Positions 32,445 to 35,592 of a stretch of 35,592 nucleotides of DNA are shown piece after piece. The translations under genes and the position numbers were made by a program. Each line of letters begins with the position of its first letter. The stretch's first letter is position 1. The notes below the pieces were generated by a model, which was not told the DNA's origin, did no database searches, and worked only from the letters and a program-made list of their open reading frames with translations. The stretch is from the NCBI GenBank assembly GCA_022709865.1, contig JAKLIA010000001.1:1-35592 (forward strand). Reading direction: 5' to 3'. The DNA comes from Patescibacteria group bacterium. Lineage in GTDB: Bacteria; Patescibacteriota; Minisyncoccia; Portnoybacterales; GWB1-42-6.

Positions 32445-32675
32445 TTATAGAAGGGGATCATAGCCGCCCTTATGGAAAGGATGGCAGCGGCTTAACCTAA
32501 TTAAACCTTTTTTTATTCCCGCCGCTAATCCATGTTTTTCTATCGCTTGTTTAGTATATTCTGAGCAAGAGGGATAAAAACGGCAAACCGGCGTTCCTTG
32601 GCGAAAAAGCCCTTGGTCTGGAGACAAAATCAATTGGTAAAGATTAATTAAAAATATTATCCCTTTTTTAAACAT
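32445..32675 (-). CDS. yidD: Membrane protein insertion efficiency factor YidD
   Basis: 76 aa with CRFYPSCSEYTKQAIEKHG...RCHPFHKGGYDP. Confidence 0.9.
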   Translation of the reverse strand: MFKKGIIFLINLYQLILSPDQGLFRQGTPVCRFYPSCSEYTKQAIEKHGLAAGIKKGLIRLSRCHPFHKGGYDPLL

Positions 32676-33009
32676 ACAGGTTAAGCTTTTTCAGCAGGTT
32701 AAGTATTCTTTTCTCTAGGTCCTTGTATTCAGCTTTACTTGAACCGGGCTTAGCCACCAAAACAATATCCGCGCCAGTTTTAATTTTATCAAGATTTAAC
32801 CGAATAATTTCACTTAATCTTCTCCTAATAAGATTTCTCACCACCGCTTTTTTTGATACCCGGGAACTAACAATTAAGCCAAATCGGGAAATATTTTGCT
32901 GGTTTGGCTTAGCCTTAACAACTAAAAAATCGTCTTGCTTGGCTTGGCCTTGCTTGAAAATACCATCAAAATCCTTTTGTTTATTTAGCCTGTTATCTTT
33001 TGATAACAT
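32668..33009 (-). CDS. rnpA: Ribonuclease P protein component
   Basis: 113 aa, basic. Motifs RLNKQKDFDGIFKQG and SKKAVVRNLIRRRLSEIIR. Located between rpmH and yidD; overlaps yidD by 8 nt. Confidence 0.85.
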   Translation of the reverse strand: MLSKDNRLNKQKDFDGIFKQGQAKQDDFLVVKAKPNQQNISRFGLIVSSRVSKKAVVRNLIRRRLSEIIRLNLDKIKTGADIVLVAKPGSSKAEYKDLEKRILNLLKKLNLYV

Positions 33010-33014
33010 ACTCC

Positions 33015-33149
33015 TTAAACGGTCAGTTTTTTTCTTTGCTTCCGCCTTCTTTTGGCTAGAACCCGGCGGCCATAAGAAGTCCTTTGGCGAACCAAAAAAC
33101 CATGAGTCCTTTTTCTCTTTCTTTTCTTGGGTTGATAAGTGACGCTCAT
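33015..33149 (-). CDS. rpmH: 50S ribosomal protein L34 (too short for the ORF track)
   Basis: Manual minus-strand translation gives [44 protein letters not shown] (44 aa). ATG at 33149..33147 and TAA at 33017..33015. This is the canonical L34 sequence and position. Confidence 0.9.
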   Translation of the reverse strand: MSVTYQPKKRKRKRTHGFLVRQRTSYGRRVLAKRRRKQRKKLTV

Positions 33150-33229
33150 TGAAGTATTTTAATAATTATTGTAGTTTTAGTATACTATTTTAAAAGCCAT
33201 AAGTCAATTTAGATTTTTTGTTTTTTCGG

Positions 33230-33260
33230 CCATCCACCGTTAATCCACAGCTTATCAACA
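33230..33260. promoter_or_regulatory. DnaA-box-like cluster in the rpmH-dnaA intergenic region
   Basis: TAATCCACA (33241..33249, 1 mismatch to TTATCCACA), TTATCAACA (33252..33260, 1 mismatch) and a weaker CCATCCACC (33230..33238, 3 mismatches). Confidence 0.5.
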
Positions 33261-33362
33261 AAAACATCTTTTCTTGCTATTTTTACGATATTTTTTTACA
33301 CTTGACGGTATGTTATGCTAGAGGCAAGGAGGGGATAATCTCAATTTGTCGTTACCACCAAT

Positions 33363-34739
33363 ATGACCAATGAACAACTTTGGCAAACCGCCCTTGGCGA
33401 GGTCGAACTAAATATTTCTCGAGCTAATTTTATCACTTGGTTTCGAGATACATTTATACTAAAAAATAAAGATGGCTTGGTAACGATCGGCGTGCCCAAT
33501 GGTTTTAGTAAGGAATGGCTGGAAAACAAATATAACAAACTTATCTTGCGGTCCCTCAGGAATGTTTCCAACGATATAAAAGAATTGAAGTTTTTGATCA
33601 GCGCCAACTCTTCTTCTCCCATCGGCCCGATCGAAAAGATCGCCGGCGACCACCACAAAAAGAGCCAAATAGAAAACCAAACCCAAACCTTCAAAGAGCT
33701 TGAAGCCGACAAAGAAACGAATCTTAATCCTAAATATACTTTTAATAATTTTATAGTTGGCTCTTTTAATGAGCTTGCCCAAGCGGCGGCTAAGGCGGTT
33801 ATTAATAGCCCGGGTGAAGCTTATAATCCTCTTTTTATTTATGGCGGGGTGGGACTAGGAAAAACCCACTTATTGCAAGCAATGGGCAACGAAGTTATTG
33901 AAAAATACAAAAGAAAAAAGAAAGTAAAGTATGTTAGCTCAGAAAAGTTTACCTCAGAGCTCGTTAACTCCCTCCACAACGGAAAAGTGGAAGAGTTTAA
34001 AGAAGCCTATCGGCAAATTGACGTTTTAATCATTGATGATATCCAATTTTTATCAGGCAAAGAAAAAACCCAAGAAGAGTTTTTTCACACCTTTAACTTC
34101 CTTTACCAAAAAAATAAACAAATAGTTTTAAGTTCAGACCGCCCACCCAAAGCCATCGCCACCCTAGAAGAACGCCTTAGGTCGCGCTTTGAAGGGGGGA
34201 TGATAGCGGATATTTCCCAGCCAGACATGGAAACGCGTCTCGCCATTTTAAAGTGCAAAACAACAGAAAAAAAGATTATAGTTTCCGACGAGATCTTAAG
34301 CTATATAGCGGTTAATGTTCAAAAAAATATTAGAGAGCTTGAGGGCGCACTCAACCGAATTATTGCTTCAAAAAGCGCCTCTTTAACAAACCCCGACCTC
34401 ACAATGGTCGCAAAAATATTAAACGATATTATTAATTCTCCCAAAAAACTAACCAACCATAAAAACATAATCCAGGCCGTAGCGGAGTTTTATGATATAA
34501 ATGCGACCGAACTGATTAATCGCTGCCGCCGCAAAGAAGTTGTTTATCCCCGGCAAGTTGCCATGTATTTAATGCGGGAAGAGCTAAAAAAATCTTTTCC
34601 TTTTATTGGAGAAAAATTAGGCGGCCGAGACCACACCACTGTTATGTATGCTTGCGATAAATTAACCAGGGAGTTTGAAAAAAACGAAACCCTGCAGCAA
34701 GAAATCAACTTAATTAAAGAAAGAATCTACAGTAAATAG
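33363..34739 (+). CDS. dnaA: Chromosomal replication initiator protein DnaA
   Basis: 458 aa. N-terminus LWQTALGEVELNISRANFITWF, Walker A GGVGLGKTHLLQA, Walker B LIIDDIQFL, sensor and box VII, and the C-terminal DNA-binding domain (VYPRQVAMYLMRE...GGRDHTTVMYA). Confidence 0.95.
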   Translation: MTNEQLWQTALGEVELNISRANFITWFRDTFILKNKDGLVTIGVPNGFSKEWLENKYNKLILRSLRNVSNDIKELKFLISANSSSPIGPIEKIAGDHHKKSQIENQTQTFKELEADKETNLNPKYTFNNFIVGSFNELAQAAAKAVINSPGEAYNPLFIYGGVGLGKTHLLQAMGNEVIEKYKRKKKVKYVSSEKFTSELVNSLHNGKVEEFKEAYRQIDVLIIDDIQFLSGKEKTQEEFFHTFNFLYQKNKQIVLSSDRPPKAIATLEERLRSRFEGGMIADISQPDMETRLAILKCKTTEKKIIVSDEILSYIAVNVQKNIRELEGALNRIIASKSASLTNPDLTMVAKILNDIINSPKKLTNHKNIIQAVAEFYDINATELINRCRRKEVVYPRQVAMYLMREELKKSFPFIGEKLGGRDHTTVMYACDKLTREFEKNETLQQEINLIKERIYSK

Positions 34740-34976
34740 TTAATAAAGTGTTTATAAGTTTGTTTATAAACCTGTTTATATTATTAAGGATAAGTTTCTA
34801 ATAAAAATAGGATATTTATTTTCTAAAAACCAAAGTTAAAATTATCAACTACAACACACAGAATAATCAACAATAAACATCTTTTTATTTTTCAAGACTG
34901 TATTGAAAAAATAACTTTTTCCACAGAATTATAAACTCTTATTAATAACTTATTTAATTAATTAAAGTATTTAATT
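34740..34976. other. Probable oriC unwinding region (very AT-rich dnaA-dnaN spacer)
   Basis: Three TGTTTATA repeats with an exact 12-nt period (34749, 34761, 34773). DnaA-box-like 9-mers are TTATCAACT (34842..34850), TAATCAACA (34864..34872) and TTTTCCACA (34917..34925). Confidence 0.55.
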
Positions 34977-35592
34977 ATGAAAATCACTTGTTTGCAAGAA
35001 AATCTAAAATACAGTTTAAATATTGCCCAAAATATAATAGGGCGCAATTTAACACTGCCGATTTTAAATAATATTTTATTAGATACAGAAGATGGCCGAT
35101 TAAAGATCTCTTCAACCAACTTAGAAATAGGCATAAACACTTGGACCTCGGGAAAAATTGAAAAAAAAGGCGCTATAACCTGCCCGGCAAAAGTTTTAGC
35201 TAGCTTTGTTAATAATCTGCCGAATAAAAAAATAGAGATAGAGGTTAAAAATAATAATTTAACTTTAAAGTGCGATAATTATAAGGCTAGTTTAAATTGT
35301 TTGTCAGCTGAAGATTTTCCAATTATTCCTAAAATAGATGAAAAACCCTTAATAGAAATAAAAAATAATATTTTAAGGGAGGCGTTATTGGGGGTGGTTG
35401 GCTCAGCTTCTTTATCTGAATCTCGGCCCGAAATAACAGGGGTTTTATTTAAGTTTGAAAAGGGGGAATTAAGGTTAGCGGCAACTGATAGTTTTCGCTT
35501 AGCGGAAAAAGTTATTTTTGAGATAAGCAAGGGTTCTAGTGAATCCCGGTCGTTAATTGTCCCACAAAAAACAATTCAAGAAATAGTCCGGG
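34977..35592 (+). CDS. dnaN: DNA polymerase III beta sliding clamp, N-terminal part (runs off the window end)
   Basis: Manual translation from the ATG at 34977 gives MKITCLQENLKYSLNIAQNIIGRNLTLPILNNILLDTEDGRLKISSTNLEIGI...LRLAATDSFRLAEK. The frame is open to nt 35592. Absent from the ORF track because there is no stop in the window. Confidence 0.9.
   Translation, partial: MKITCLQENLKYSLNIAQNIIGRNLTLPILNNILLDTEDGRLKISSTNLEIGINTWTSGKIEKKGAITCPAKVLASFVNNLPNKKIEIEVKNNNLTLKCDNYKASLNCLSAEDFPIIPKIDEKPLIEIKNNILREALLGVVGSASLSESRPEITGVLFKFEKGELRLAATDSFRLAEKVIFEISKGSSESRSLIVPQKTIQEIVR

Noticed and set aside
33326-33334. Strong Shine-Dalgarno-like AAGGAGGGG upstream of dnaA, suggesting an earlier dnaA start.
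   Set aside because: It lies 29 nt from the ATG at 33363, and an in-frame TAA (33336..33338) blocks any upstream start. It is probably fortuitous or part of promoter or origin DNA.
34749-34780. Short periodic repeats (TGTTTATA x3) checked as a possible CRISPR array or other tandem-repeat element. The whole window was also scanned by eye for repeat-spacer structure.
   Set aside because: The repeats are only 8 nt long with a 12-nt period, there are only three copies, and they sit in the dnaA-dnaN spacer. That fits an origin unwinding element, not CRISPR. No repeat-spacer array or cas-like gene was seen anywhere.

Overview
All calls below come from reading the sequence and the ORF track; no searches were run. 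The window looks like the replication-origin neighbourhood of a small, fairly AT-rich bacterial chromosome. Gene content and protein style suggest a Patescibacteria/CPR-like organism, but that is an inference.

Right end: the canonical rpmH-rnpA-yidD-yidC-jag block (minus strand) faces dnaA-dnaN (plus strand). DnaA-box-like 9-mers sit upstream of dnaA, and the dnaA-dnaN spacer is very AT-rich with 12-nt periodic repeats, so it is a likely oriC.

Left part: housekeeping genes (pnp 3' part, DksA/TraR-like, comM, LysM-M23 peptidase, pcrA/uvrD, rsmA). There is also a membrane gene pair (UbiA-type prenyltransferase fusion plus a membrane-tethered spermidine-synthase-like protein). Further right, at 27.1-31.2 kb between the central operon and the origin block, a minus-strand surface-glycan block holds two Wzy_C/O-antigen-ligase-like proteins and a flippase.

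Centre (14.4-27.2 kb): 13 tightly packed plus-strand genes encode a minimal type IV secretion-like apparatus with VirB4 as the only ATPase.
- Recognisable parts are a PrgI/VirB3-like protein, a VirB4 ATPase, a VirB6/TrbL-like polytopic protein and two VirB2-like pilin paralogs.
- The two pilin genes share a 255-nt, ~97% identical module but have unrelated C-terminal domains. One C-terminal domain carries an M15/LAS-type peptidoglycan-hydrolase motif.
- At least seven genes in the operon have no recognisable family.
- No coupling protein, relaxase, VirB11 or integrase is present in the window.
- This operon is the main candidate for a poorly described system.

Other notable points:
- A relic 3' end of the spermidine-synthase-like gene forms a perfect 40-nt direct repeat flanking the UbiA-like gene.
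- A promoter- and terminator-bounded structured RNA candidate lies upstream of the DksA-like gene.
- DnaA boxes sit at two non-origin promoters.

No rRNA, tRNA, CRISPR array, transposase or integrase was seen.
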